NCBI GenBank assembly: GCA_001766815.1
Contig: LYOS01000002.1
Coordinates: 60,001-92,000 of the forward strand
Length of the DNA: 32,000 bases
Direction: 5' to 3'
Origin: Candidatus Syntropharchaeum caldarium
GTDB taxonomy: Archaea; Halobacteriota; Syntropharchaeia; Syntropharchaeales; Syntropharchaeaceae
Shown here: positions 1 to 9,362 of the stretch, piece after piece
Layout of the letters: every line of letters begins with the position of its first letter
Numbering within the stretch: the stretch's first letter is position 1
Notes under the pieces: model-generated
Database searches by the model: none
Told to the model about the DNA's origin: nothing
The model's input: the letters and a program-made list of their open reading frames with translations, nothing else
Made by a program: the position numbers and the translations under genes

Positions 1-110
1 CAAATCTACTCCTTTATATACTTATACTTTTCGATTGACCGTATTTTACCCACAAATTCACATATCCCTCACCAATTCTTTAATAGATCCAGCATCATAT
101 ATTTATCTAC

Positions 111-986
111 ATGATCGAAGTGAGGGAGTTGCGAAAGGAGTATGGCAAATTTGTAGCGGTTGAGGGTCTGGATTTTACGGTTGAAAAAGGCGAGATATTT
201 GGTATTGTGGGCCCAAACGGGGCTGGAAAGACGACAACTCTCAAGATGATCTCAACACTCATCCAGCCAACCTCTGGAAAAGTGCGCATTGGAGGTTTTG
301 ATGCGATTGATGATGAGATCGAGGTCAGGAAACGACTTGGTTTTCTGCCGGAAGAATCACCACTCTATGAAAACATGACGATCGATGGGTATCTCCTTTT
401 TTTCTCAGAGCTTTATGGACTTGAACCAGAGGATGCACTTTTGAAAATAGATAAGCTACTGTCAATGCTTAATTTAGAGAACAATGGAAAGAGACTCGGT
501 AATCTCTCGAAAGGAATGAAAAGAAAGGTCGTAATTGCAAGATCTCTCCTGAACGACCCTGATGTTTTGATCTATGATGAGCCAACATCTGGACTTGACC
601 CAATGACCTCAAAGCAGATCATTGACTTCATTTATGAGATGAAACAGGAAGAGAAGACGATTGTTTTCAGTGCACACAATCTCTATCAGGTTGAGAAGAT
701 CTGTGACAGAATTCTGATCATGAAAAATGGTAGATCAGTTGTTATCGGGACTGTTGACGAGATTAGAAAAAGATGGGGCGAGGAGAGCTATTTTGTGGAG
801 TTTGTCTCCGCGAACCCTCCTCAGGGAGATCTCTGGCGTGAGAACGGACATTATAAAATGAAGTGCAGAGGTTCACACGAGATGAACGATGTGACGCGCT
901 TCATACTGGAGCATGGGGGAGAGATCCTCAGGATAACGCCATACGAATCAACGCTCGAGGAGATCTTCATACGTGTTGTGGAGTAG
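111..986 (+). CDS. ABC transporter ATP-binding protein (single NBD, ABC-2/NatA-CcmA-like)
   Basis: 291-aa ORF with Walker A GPNGAGKTT, signature LSKGMKRKV, Walker B VLIYDEPTSGLD and H-loop SAHNL. No permease gene in the window. Confidence 0.9.
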   Translation: MIEVRELRKEYGKFVAVEGLDFTVEKGEIFGIVGPNGAGKTTTLKMISTLIQPTSGKVRIGGFDAIDDEIEVRKRLGFLPEESPLYENMTIDGYLLFFSELYGLEPEDALLKIDKLLSMLNLENNGKRLGNLSKGMKRKVVIARSLLNDPDVLIYDEPTSGLDPMTSKQIIDFIYEMKQEEKTIVFSAHNLYQVEKICDRILIMKNGRSVVIGTVDEIRKRWGEESYFVEFVSANPPQGDLWRENGHYKMKCRGSHEMNDVTRFILEHGGEILRITPYESTLEEIFIRVVE

Positions 987-997
987 ATGTAACACCA

Positions 998-2389
998 TCA
1001 GGCTTGCTGTTCAAGTAGTGCTATCGCAAAAGTAATCATATTCTTGTACTGATCATCCACCCGCTCTTTTGCATCACGCAGAGCGTCGATAACACTTTTA
1101 TCCCCCAGATACCCAAGTGCAACCGCTGCACCACCAGTAAGATCCCCATCCTCTGAGTTTAGAAGCTCAGTGAGCAGATCACGGGCGCCTTCAACGCCTT
1201 TCATCTGTGCGAGACAGTTGAATAGAATCACTGCCCTGTTTCTTCTATTATAAGATTCTGAACTTGTGAGTTCCTCTTTCAGGAATGGAAGCATGTCTTC
1301 GCCTGATTCAACAATTTTATCCACAAACGCACCGATGACAGCCTCATCAAAGACTTTGATTCCGTCGATCATAACCCTTTTAGATGAGTCACCACCGATC
1401 TTTGAAAGGATCTCAGGTGCATCCAGTGAAATTGGATCACCGCGCAGGATGGCAGATCGAAGATATGGTATCGCATCCTCGCCGAGCTCAACGATCTCAT
1501 CAACTTCACCGCCCGCAACGATCGCGCAAAGATCAGAGTCCGTGTCAACAGTGCCTGCTGATTCAAGTGCCATGATCTCATTCACGCGCCATATCAGGTT
1601 ATCAAACTCCTCTCGATTAAGATATCTGGTCTCTGGATCACCAGCATGCTCATTATATTTTATTGCGAGTTCTACTCCCTCTTCTGCGAGTTTTAAAGCC
1701 TCATCATAGGTGCCGGTCTTTATCATGCCCTCGATCAGTTTTGCACGGCTTAAAAGATCCTCTGGGTAGCGTGATGCGATCTTACCCCCAACCTCGATAA
1801 GCTCATCAACCCGGTTCTCCCGGTCAAAGAATGCCATGAGATTTACAAGGGCTGAATAATCGTCTGGATTAACCTCCAGAACCTCCTTAAATTCTTTCTC
1901 AGGATCTTTTACCTCCACATATCCTGCAACAAGGTAATCAGCGAGCCTATCAAAGATCTCTTCCCCTCTTGCCTCTTCTACAATTGAGATTGCACGCTCA
2001 AGATCTGCTATCTCACGTCTCACAATGTGATACTCTCTGCTTTCCTCGTCGAGCTTCTCACATAATTCCTTGCCATGCTTTGACATCTCTTCAAGGCGCG
2101 TCTTGAGTGCATCAACCCAGACGGGGTCATTGATATCCTTCAAGTTCTTGAGCCTGTAGCCTGTCTCGATCTGATCAAAAACGGGCATCATCTCACGAGC
2201 TATAAGTTTCCATGCTCCATTCTCTATTGTTCCAACGTCTATGGGCTTGAATTCTTTGATCTGGTCATAAAATTTAGCGATGCGTTCTGCAAACTCCTTC
2301 TGTGACTCAGTACCACGTTTTTTAAGCAGTCTTATGGCACGCCTGACCTCTTTCTCCGGTTTATTCCTTGCCATACTATCACATTCCAT
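998..2389 (-). CDS. HEAT/TPR-like helical-repeat protein, function unknown
   Basis: 463-aa ORF convergent with the ABC gene (11-nt spacer). The C-terminal half has HEAT/PBS-lyase-like repeats (EDAIPYLRSAILRGD, GGAAVALGYLGDKSVIDALRDA). The true start may be the second ATG at 2374 (MARNKPEK). Confidence 0.6.
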   Translation of the reverse strand: MECDSMARNKPEKEVRRAIRLLKKRGTESQKEFAERIAKFYDQIKEFKPIDVGTIENGAWKLIAREMMPVFDQIETGYRLKNLKDINDPVWVDALKTRLEEMSKHGKELCEKLDEESREYHIVRREIADLERAISIVEEARGEEIFDRLADYLVAGYVEVKDPEKEFKEVLEVNPDDYSALVNLMAFFDRENRVDELIEVGGKIASRYPEDLLSRAKLIEGMIKTGTYDEALKLAEEGVELAIKYNEHAGDPETRYLNREEFDNLIWRVNEIMALESAGTVDTDSDLCAIVAGGEVDEIVELGEDAIPYLRSAILRGDPISLDAPEILSKIGGDSSKRVMIDGIKVFDEAVIGAFVDKIVESGEDMLPFLKEELTSSESYNRRNRAVILFNCLAQMKGVEGARDLLTELLNSEDGDLTGGAAVALGYLGDKSVIDALRDAKERVDDQYKNMITFAIALLEQQA

Positions 2390-2440
2390 GCGACATACTA
2401 CACCATACTAAAAAGTATTTTCCTGTTCCCGTCTGCCATG

Positions 2441-2458
2441 AGATAGATCAGATAGATC
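2441..2458. promoter_or_regulatory. Tandem 9-mer AGATAGATC x2 in the divergent intergenic region (candidate regulator site)
   Basis: Perfect direct repeat agatagatc-agatagatc between the HEAT-repeat gene start and the thermosome TATA box. Confidence 0.25.
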
Positions 2459-2470
2459 ATCAGACAACTC

Positions 2471-2478
2471 TTATATAG
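2471..2478 (+). promoter_or_regulatory. Candidate TATA box for the thermosome gene
   Basis: TTATATAG lies 42-49 nt upstream of ATG 2520. An SD-like GAGGTG at 2507-2512 sits 7 nt before the ATG. The geometry fits a transcription start near 2500-2505. Confidence 0.4.
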
Positions 2479-2519
2479 ACTGTTAAATCTATTTTTTTAA
2501 GTACGCGAGGTGCAAAGGT

Positions 2520-4112
2520 ATGACAACAGCGGGAAGCTCTCCCATCGTTATTCTCAGTAAAGGTACAGCCAGTTCAAGGGGAACTGAGGTGCAAAACAAT
2601 AACATTTCTGCAGCAATGGCAGTTGCAGAAGCAGTAAGAACAACACTCGGACCACGAGGAATGGACAAGATGCTTGTCGATACAATTGGAGATGTGGTGA
2701 TCACAAACGATGGCAGCACAATCCTCAAGGAGATCGATATTGAGCATCCTGCGGCAAAGATGGTCGTCGAGATCTCAAAGACACAGGATACAGAAGCAGG
2801 TGATGGAACAACAACCGCGGTTGTGATCGCTGGTGAACTCCTGAAAGGTGCAAAAGAACTTATTGAACTTGACGTGCACCCCGCCGCAATCATCTCTGGC
2901 TATCGCAGCGCGCTCAAACTGGCGAAAGAAGCGCTCGATGAGATCGCGATCGATATGGACGCAATTGAGAATGATGAAACGCTCCTCAAGATCGCAAGAA
3001 CATCACTCACTGGCAAGGGCGTTGATGTGGCACACGATCATCTCGCTGAGGTTGTGGTTGCTGCTGCAAGGGCGGTTGCAGACGAGGAGGGGGTTGATAT
3101 CGATCGAATCAATGTGGAGCGGAAGGTCGGAGGCAGGGTGAATGATACATTCATGATAAATGGGGTTGCGATCGACAAGGAGAAGGTACATTCAGGTATG
3201 CCTGATAGAATCAGGGACGCAAAGATCGCACTCATCAACTCATCGCTTGAGATTAGAAAGACCGAGTTCAGTTCAGAGATCGCCATAAAAAGCCCTGATC
3301 AGCTTCAGACATTTTTGGAGCGGGAAGAGGCGTTGATGAAGGAGATGGTGGAGAAGATCAAAGCGAGCGGTGCAAACGTTGTTTTCTGCCAGAAAGGAAT
3401 GGATGATCTGGTACAGTTTTATTTCGCAGATAAAGGTATACTCGCCCTAAGGAGAGTCAAAAAAAGCGATATGGAGCGTATTTCAAGAGCGACAGGGGCA
3501 CAGGTCATCACAAACATCGATATGATCGATGAAGAAGCTCTTGGAAGGGCAGAACTTGTCGAGGAGCGGCGGTTTGGTGGGGATAAGATGACGATCATAG
3601 AGGGATGTCTCGATCCAAAAGCAGTATCGATTGTTCTGCGCGGTGGGACGGATTATGTTGTTTCAGAGTTAGAACGGGCGATTCACGATGCATTGAATAC
3701 GGTTGGGTCTGCGATTGAGGATAGAAAGATTGTAGCTGGCGGAGGATCACCAGAGGTCGAACTCGCGATGCGGTTGCGGTCATACAGCAGCAGACTCAAA
3801 GGAAAGGAGCAACTCGCTCTTAAGAAATTTGCAGATGCGCTTGAGGTGATACCAGAGACACTTGCCGAGAACTCAGGATTTGATCCAATGAACAAACTCG
3901 TTGAACTGCGTGCTATGCACAATAAAGGTCAAAAAACGGCTGGAATCGATGTCCAAACTGGAAAAATCAGCGATATGCTTGAGCAGGGTGTGATCGAACC
4001 GTTGCGCGTGAAGCGCCAGGCTTTAAACTCGGCTGTAGATGCCGCAACGATGCTCCTGCGAATAGATGATGCAATTCCTATGAAAGGATCATCGCCCGGG
4101 GAGAGAAAGTGA
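2520..4112 (+). CDS. ths: Thermosome subunit (group II chaperonin, Cpn60/TCP-1 family)
   Basis: 530-aa ORF with the hallmark motifs [28 protein letters not shown] and [11 protein letters not shown]. Confidence 0.95.
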   Translation: MTTAGSSPIVILSKGTASSRGTEVQNNNISAAMAVAEAVRTTLGPRGMDKMLVDTIGDVVITNDGSTILKEIDIEHPAAKMVVEISKTQDTEAGDGTTTAVVIAGELLKGAKELIELDVHPAAIISGYRSALKLAKEALDEIAIDMDAIENDETLLKIARTSLTGKGVDVAHDHLAEVVVAAARAVADEEGVDIDRINVERKVGGRVNDTFMINGVAIDKEKVHSGMPDRIRDAKIALINSSLEIRKTEFSSEIAIKSPDQLQTFLEREEALMKEMVEKIKASGANVVFCQKGMDDLVQFYFADKGILALRRVKKSDMERISRATGAQVITNIDMIDEEALGRAELVEERRFGGDKMTIIEGCLDPKAVSIVLRGGTDYVVSELERAIHDALNTVGSAIEDRKIVAGGGSPEVELAMRLRSYSSRLKGKEQLALKKFADALEVIPETLAENSGFDPMNKLVELRAMHNKGQKTAGIDVQTGKISDMLEQGVIEPLRVKRQALNSAVDAATMLLRIDDAIPMKGSSPGERK

Positions 4113-4138
4113 TATGCCTCCGGTGATATTATATTACT

Positions 4139-5470
4139 ATGCAACATATGGATCTGAGTACAATCAATATCAGCACAAAGGATAGAGAACTACTGAAGAA
4201 GAACGGTATCCGTACTGTGGAGGCGCTCGCGATTTTAACTCCAGGCGAGCTCCCGTTCGGAAAGCAGAAAGCAAGTGCGATGATACAGAACGCAAGGAAT
4301 GTGATCGCATCGAATAATATCGAAGCGATCGAGATAGAAGATGAAGAGGTGAGGGTGATCTGTTCTGAGCTTGATCCTGTGATTGAAGCATCGATCAAAG
4401 CAGTACTCGGGCTTGATAACCCACACAATCTCATCGAGGTCGAGGATAAAGAATTTTTGATAACTCCAAAGTGGGGGGCTGAACTCACATGGCGAAGGCT
4501 TGTCCTACCACAGATCGTTAAATGGAAGTATGTACTCGATAGTTCAAAAGAGGAACTTCTAAAGGAAAACAGTGGCTTATCGCTTGATCCAAGCGCAATC
4601 ATCGATTTTGCTAAGAGCAAAGGCTTTGATGGCTTCTGCAGAGATGTTTTTGAGGATATAAAGGGCAATGAGATCATGAAGATGGCGATCACAACCGCAC
4701 TCTTCTCCACTTTTGATGAACCTGTTCATATTGCGATTGTGGGACCACCCGCATCATCAAAGACCCTTGCACGGGAGATAATCTCTGACAATATCTCATC
4801 TGTTGAGCGAATTGGTGGGAACAGCACAAGAGCAGGGCTTGTTATAAATTATTCTACAGGAGAGCTTGGATCGATCGCTTATGCAGATGAGCGTCTTGTG
4901 CTTGCAGATGAGTTTGATAAAGTCCCGAAAGGAGATATCGAGATGATCTATGAGCTCATGAGCAACGGAACCTGCGATGTCCACTCGGGCAGGGTCCACA
5001 GAACGATACGCTCAAAGTTCATCATGATAGCAACGATGAATCCCAGAAGAGATGTATTCTCAGCCAATGCGATCGAAGATATCGGACTGCCACCGACACT
5101 GGCATCAAGGTTTGCACTGATCGTTAAGACCGACGATCTCGGTAAACCTGACAGGCTTGATCTCTTCAAAAAGAAGTTTTACACAGGAAATGAACTCAAA
5201 AAGTTCTCGCTCTACTTTGATGAGTGGGTAAAACTTGCACGGACTCATGAACCAGGTATTGTAGCCTCAAACGTTGATGAATACCTTGAGAAGATCAATG
5301 AGATCGTTGAGGAGTTTGGGTCATCGCCCCTGAGGCGAGATAACAGAATGGGGGAATATGCAAGAAATATTGCATTCGCGATCGCAAGGTCTGAGTTTAC
5401 CGATGTCGACGATCGTGTGCTTGATAAGGCACTGGAGATCATCGAAGGTTCTGTGAGGGAGTGGTTGTAA
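4139..5470 (+). CDS. MCM-type AAA+ ATPase lacking the MCM N-terminal OB/Zn domain, fused to a Rad51/RadA-N-like helix-hairpin-helix domain
   Basis: 443-aa ORF 26 nt after the thermosome stop. The N-terminus INISTKDRELLKKNGIRTVEALAILTPGELPFGKQKASAMIQNARNVI resembles the RadA/Rad51 N-terminal HhH. The core aligns to the MCM AAA+ module: deviant Walker A VGPPASSKT, Walker B LVLADEFDK, IMIATMNP, and LPPTLASRFAL (MCM SRFD arginine-finger region). Confidence 0.6.
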   Translation: MQHMDLSTINISTKDRELLKKNGIRTVEALAILTPGELPFGKQKASAMIQNARNVIASNNIEAIEIEDEEVRVICSELDPVIEASIKAVLGLDNPHNLIEVEDKEFLITPKWGAELTWRRLVLPQIVKWKYVLDSSKEELLKENSGLSLDPSAIIDFAKSKGFDGFCRDVFEDIKGNEIMKMAITTALFSTFDEPVHIAIVGPPASSKTLAREIISDNISSVERIGGNSTRAGLVINYSTGELGSIAYADERLVLADEFDKVPKGDIEMIYELMSNGTCDVHSGRVHRTIRSKFIMIATMNPRRDVFSANAIEDIGLPPTLASRFALIVKTDDLGKPDRLDLFKKKFYTGNELKKFSLYFDEWVKLARTHEPGIVASNVDEYLEKINEIVEEFGSSPLRRDNRMGEYARNIAFAIARSEFTDVDDRVLDKALEIIEGSVREWL

Positions 5471-6727
5471 TCAGAGCGCCTGCATAATCTCCCTGGCTCG
5501 ATCCATACGAATTGCTCCTTCTTTAATCATGATCTCCGCGACCTTATCGATCTGATCGCCTGTTGCACCCGCTGCAATCGCGATATTCTTTGCATGAAGT
5601 TTCATATGTCCACGCTGTATCCCCTCGGTTGCAAGCGCTCTCAGTGCTGCAAAATTCTGGGCAAGCCCTACTGCAGCGATCACCTCAGAAAGCTCTGACG
5701 CGGTTTTAACACCAAGCATCCTGATCGAAGCCCTTGCTACAGGATGTGTTCTCGTTGCACCACCCACAAGTCCCACCGCGACAGGCATCTCGATTGTACC
5801 AGCAAGATCTCCGTTCTCGGTCTTTTCCCATCTTGTAAGTGGCTGGTAGTTACCGTTTCTGGCAGCATACGCATGTGCACCTGCCTCGATCGCCCGTGTA
5901 TCGTTTCCTGTTGCAAGCACAACCGCGCTGACGCCGTTCATTATCCCTTTGTTATGGGTTGCCGCCCGATAGGGATCAAGCTTTGCAAGCCTGTAGGCAT
6001 CGATGATCCGATCAACGACCTCTTCCCCCCCGATCACATTTTTGGGAAAGATCGCCCCAGCCATCGCAACCCTTCTATCTGCAAGATTTGAAATAATCTT
6101 CAAAATCGCTTCTCCACCTGTAATCTCCTCAAGAATTGGGGAAACACTCTCTGCCATTGTGTTAACAGCATTTGCACCCATTGCATCGCGACAATCGACC
6201 AGCAGATGTACTACAAGCATCGACTCTCTGCCATCCTCGATGACGCGTACCTCAAGATCCTTTGCACCACCCCCCATCTTAACAAGCATTGGATCCTGTG
6301 CATTTGCGTGCTCTATAATTCTCTTCTGTGCCTTAAGTACCTCAAACCTTGCAGCAAAAGGATCTTTGATACCAACAAGCTGTATCTGACCAATCATTAC
6401 TGGATCACTCGAACTTGTCGTGAATCCGCCCCCCTCTCGCGCCATCTTTGCCGCGTTGCTCGCTGCTGCAATAACAGAAGCTTCTTCTATCGCCATGGGG
6501 ATGAGGTAATCCTTATCATTTATCCTGAAGTTCAGTCCCACCCCGAGCGGCATCTCCAGATAGCCGATCACATTCTCAACCATCCGATCGAGATCCGTAA
6601 TCGTTGCACCGCTGCCAGCAATCGCTGATGTTTCTTCGTCAGAGAGATCGGCGAAAGCTTTCACGATTTCAAGCCGCTCTTCGGGATTTTTCTTGAAAAA
6701 ACCTGAGATCCTTGAGTTTTTCTCCAC
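5471..6727 (-). CDS. hmgA: Hydroxymethylglutaryl-CoA reductase, class II type
   Basis: 418-aa ORF with a GTG start preceded by AAGGGGG. Class II signatures: N-terminal [45 protein letters not shown] (class I has TTEGCLVAS here), [24 protein letters not shown]. Confidence 0.9.
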   Translation of the reverse strand: MEKNSRISGFFKKNPEERLEIVKAFADLSDEETSAIAGSGATITDLDRMVENVIGYLEMPLGVGLNFRINDKDYLIPMAIEEASVIAAASNAAKMAREGGGFTTSSSDPVMIGQIQLVGIKDPFAARFEVLKAQKRIIEHANAQDPMLVKMGGGAKDLEVRVIEDGRESMLVVHLLVDCRDAMGANAVNTMAESVSPILEEITGGEAILKIISNLADRRVAMAGAIFPKNVIGGEEVVDRIIDAYRLAKLDPYRAATHNKGIMNGVSAVVLATGNDTRAIEAGAHAYAARNGNYQPLTRWEKTENGDLAGTIEMPVAVGLVGGATRTHPVARASIRMLGVKTASELSEVIAAVGLAQNFAALRALATEGIQRGHMKLHAKNIAIAAGATGDQIDKVAEIMIKEGAIRMDRAREIMQAL

Positions 6728-6767
6728 AATTGCGCCCCCTTATGAACGCTATGCTATGATCATTATC

Positions 6768-7946
6768 CTACAGTATTCCAACAAGATCTTTCAGTATCAA
6801 TGGATTCTTCCTGATGATCCTGATTATGAACTCGGTGCTGCTTAACCCCTCGATATCTTCCCCATCAAGCGAGGCTGCGATTCTGTTAAGCTCAGCATCA
6901 CTCAGTTTTAATAAAACATTCTTTGTCCTGAGCATCTTACTGAGTTTCTTGCCGATCTCTTCGCGCCATCGCACCTCATACTCATCAAGCCCGCTGGCAG
7001 ATGTATCACCACGCGATATGGCATCTGCTGCAACCTCACCTGCGATGACCCCTGCATTCATTGCGTTGATAATTCCACCCCCTGTCAATGGATCGCTCTG
7101 TCTCGCAGCATCGCCGACAAGCATCAAACCATCTGCAACTGTCTGTTTGATCGGTCCACAAACTGCAACACCGCCAAGAACAACCTCAAGGATCTTTCCC
7201 TCAGGAAACCTGGATTTTACGAATCGGTTGAGGTAATCGATCGGCCTGAGATCGCCCATCATCGTGCTATTGAGCCCTATGCCGACGTTTGCCATCTGCT
7301 CACCCTTGGGAAAGACCCACGCATAGCCGCCTGGGGCAATCTCATTCCCAAGATAGAACTCGGTGAAGAAGCCATCAAGCTCAATCCCTGTGATTAAATA
7401 CTGGGCGCATGTTACAATATCCTCCAGTCCGAGGCAGGTATCAATTCCACCCCACCTTCCAACCTTCGACTCAATCCCATCTGCACCGACCACAATATCA
7501 GATTTTATACTGTGATGTTCACCAAGATGGACAACCTCGACACCAGCAATCCTACCATTATCAAACAGAAGCCCTGATGCCCGACACTTGACAACCACAT
7601 CGGCACCAGCTCTAACCGCATTCTGTGCAAGTACACGATCAAATATCTTACGCTCAAGGATGCATCCGCTTTTACTGGCACTTGCGATCTTGAGGTGAGA
7701 CCCGTTTGGCGCATATATCTTTGCAGCCTCAATTTCACATGCTATCCAGCGATCATCCAGGGTTACATAGCGAGCCAGCTCTTTTGTACCAACCCCTTCC
7801 GCACATCTAACAGGCGTCCCGATCTCCTGTCGCTTCTCGATCATGAGAACTTCAAGTCCTGCTTCTGCAGCAGTCTTTGCCGCCATCGATCCCCCTGGAC
7901 CTGCGCCAACAACTATGAGGTCATATTTATCCTTAAATTCCATCAT
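6768..7946 (-). CDS. Geranylgeranyl reductase family flavoprotein (digeranylgeranylglycerophospholipid reductase-like)
   Basis: 392-aa ORF with the FAD fold DLIVVGAGPGGSMAAKTAAEAGL, plus VRCAEGV and GDAARQSDPLTGGGI. Its start overlaps the upstream ferredoxin stop (ATGA). Confidence 0.85.
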   Translation of the reverse strand: MMEFKDKYDLIVVGAGPGGSMAAKTAAEAGLEVLMIEKRQEIGTPVRCAEGVGTKELARYVTLDDRWIACEIEAAKIYAPNGSHLKIASASKSGCILERKIFDRVLAQNAVRAGADVVVKCRASGLLFDNGRIAGVEVVHLGEHHSIKSDIVVGADGIESKVGRWGGIDTCLGLEDIVTCAQYLITGIELDGFFTEFYLGNEIAPGGYAWVFPKGEQMANVGIGLNSTMMGDLRPIDYLNRFVKSRFPEGKILEVVLGGVAVCGPIKQTVADGLMLVGDAARQSDPLTGGGIINAMNAGVIAGEVAADAISRGDTSASGLDEYEVRWREEIGKKLSKMLRTKNVLLKLSDAELNRIAASLDGEDIEGLSSTEFIIRIIRKNPLILKDLVGIL

Positions 7947-8119
7947 TCAACCTCCATCGCGAGAGCACCGACAGGACAGACATCGACACATGACCTGCAA
8001 TCTGAACAGCTATCCTGATCGATCTCAAGCCACAACTCAATAAGATCGAGTGCGTTTGACGGACAGACGCCAACGCATGTTCCACAATAGCCACATTTAT
8101 ATCTGTTTACAAGAATCAA
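7943..8119 (-). CDS. 2x[4Fe-4S] ferredoxin (probable electron donor of the adjacent reductase)
   Basis: Two CxxCxxCxxxCP motifs (CGYCGTCVGVCP, CSDCRSCVDVCP). The tracked ORF start (8164) overlaps the tRNA. I prefer TTG 8119, preceded by GGTGATGAGG. TTG 8140 is also possible. Confidence 0.7.
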   Translation of the reverse strand: MILVNRYKCGYCGTCVGVCPSNALDLIELWLEIDQDSCSDCRSCVDVCPVGALAMEVE

Positions 8120-8140
8120 AACCTCATCACCCCTGAGCAA

Positions 8141-8215
8141 TAGCGGGGGATGGATTCGAACCATCGATCTTCGGGTTATGAGCCCGACGGGATCTCCTGA
8201 CTACCCCACCCCGCT
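8141..8215 (-). tRNA. Initiator tRNA-Met (anticodon CAT)
   Basis: 75-nt cloverleaf folded by hand. Acceptor AGCGGGG/CCCCGCT with A1:U72. Anticodon stem TCGGG/CCCGA has three G:C pairs next to the loop CTCATAA. T arm GATGG-TTCGAAT-CCATC, discriminator A, no encoded CCA. Confidence 0.85.
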
Positions 8216-8237
8216 AATGTAACCTAATAACGATGGG

Positions 8238-8245
8238 TTAATAAA
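8238..8245 (-). promoter_or_regulatory. TATA box of the tRNA promoter
   Basis: Minus-strand TTTATTAA centred about 26 nt upstream of the mature tRNA 5' end (8215), which is canonical archaeal spacing. Confidence 0.5.
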
Positions 8246-8306
8246 GGTTGTGGATTGTTTTCGCTGATGGCAATATTGATTAACAGCTTCTCATATATTT
8301 AATACA

Positions 8307-9353
8307 ATGAATTCCAGAACGATTAGATTACTCACACTTCAGATCATCATCGTCTCACTTCTAATTCCAATAATAGCGGCAGCCCAGCCTGTAATTGAGA
8401 TCAACTACTTCTATGGCAAAGACTGCCCACACTGCCAGGCTCTCAATCCCATAATCGATGAGATCGAAGCTGATCATCCCAACCTGGTAATTCACCGCTA
8501 TGAAGTCTATTATAATGACACAAACTACGAGATATTCGATGAGTTTCGAGATCGTTATGGGATAAAAGTCGGGGGTGTGCCGGTAATTTTCTTCAACGAT
8601 ACATACCTCTCAGGCGATATCACAAAAGAAGAGATTGAACGCGAGATCGCGCGGATAGAGGCAGGTGAAACGGACAAAACGCCTGAATCAAAGGTTTCAA
8701 TCCCTTTTCTGATTATTTCAGGTATTGTAAATGGTCTGATCAACCTCTGCACATTCGCTGTCTTCATACTTCTTTTAACATCACTTCTCATCCTCAATGA
8801 CCGGCGAAAGATAATTATAATCGGGATTACATTCATCATTGCAGTTTATCTGACCTATCTACTCGTTGGAGTCGGTCTGATAAACACATTCCTCTTTGCA
8901 GGCACAGAGCGGTATATAAGAAGTGCTGTAATCATCATAGCGCTTCTGGCAGGGGTTATAAACATAAGAGACTTTTTCACAGGCGAATCAACGCTTGCAA
9001 TTCCCAAATTTGCAAAACCAGGGATCAAACGGATGATCGAGTACGCTTCACTCCCCACAGCAGGGGTGCTTGGTGTGTTTGCAACACTTGTCGGACTTCC
9101 CTGCACGGTTGGTGTCTATCTGCCAGTTCTGACTGCACTCTCTGCTGAGCCACCACTTCAGGCAATTCTCTACCTCCTGTTTTATAATATCATCTATATC
9201 TTACCATTATTTGGGATAATCGCACTCGTTTACTTTGGTACAGACCCTGAGGAACTCGATGAGATGAGAGAAAGTAAAAAAAGATATGTCAGACTCTTTG
9301 GAGGTATTGTGATACTTTCAATCGGAATATTGATGCTTATAGGGGTTATATAG
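8307..9353 (+). CDS. ccdA: Thioredoxin-like domain fused to a CcdA/DsbD-type transmembrane thiol-reductant transporter (cytochrome c maturation)
   Basis: 348-aa ORF with signal/TM MNSRTIRLLTLQIIIVSLLIPIIAAA and a Trx-like CPHC motif (FYGKDCPHCQAL). About 6 TM helices follow, carrying the two conserved membrane-embedded cysteines (LINLCTFAV, GLPCTVGVYLP). Confidence 0.8.
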   Translation: MNSRTIRLLTLQIIIVSLLIPIIAAAQPVIEINYFYGKDCPHCQALNPIIDEIEADHPNLVIHRYEVYYNDTNYEIFDEFRDRYGIKVGGVPVIFFNDTYLSGDITKEEIEREIARIEAGETDKTPESKVSIPFLIISGIVNGLINLCTFAVFILLLTSLLILNDRRKIIIIGITFIIAVYLTYLLVGVGLINTFLFAGTERYIRSAVIIIALLAGVINIRDFFTGESTLAIPKFAKPGIKRMIEYASLPTAGVLGVFATLVGLPCTVGVYLPVLTALSAEPPLQAILYLLFYNIIYILPLFGIIALVYFGTDPEELDEMRESKKRYVRLFGGIVILSIGILMLIGVI

Positions 9354-9362
9354 GATGGAAAA

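Noticed and set aside
1266-1709. Long antisense ORFs nested in well-supported genes. Examples: 1266-1709, 2489-2893, 4129-4710, 6003-6389, 6814-7236, 14656-15000, 17404-17766, 18187-18546, 29119-29592, 29952-30449, 31058-31336.
   Set aside because: They are fully contained opposite genes with strong family motifs. Their translations are low-complexity (S/T/P/R/I-rich) with no recognisable motifs. They are shadow ORFs typical of this codon usage.
5468-5473. Stop-to-stop abutment (TAA|TCA) of the convergent MCM-like and hmgA genes, as a possible unusual terminator or overlap signal.
   Set aside because: There is no hairpin or T-run to interpret, so termination must occur inside the opposing gene. 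The arrangement is noted but cannot be interpreted from sequence alone.
8120-8164. The tracked ferredoxin ORF extends to 8164.
   Set aside because: Residues MVRIHPPL are the reverse translation of the tRNA T-arm and acceptor (8141-8164). The extension is an artefact of an open frame running through the tRNA gene.
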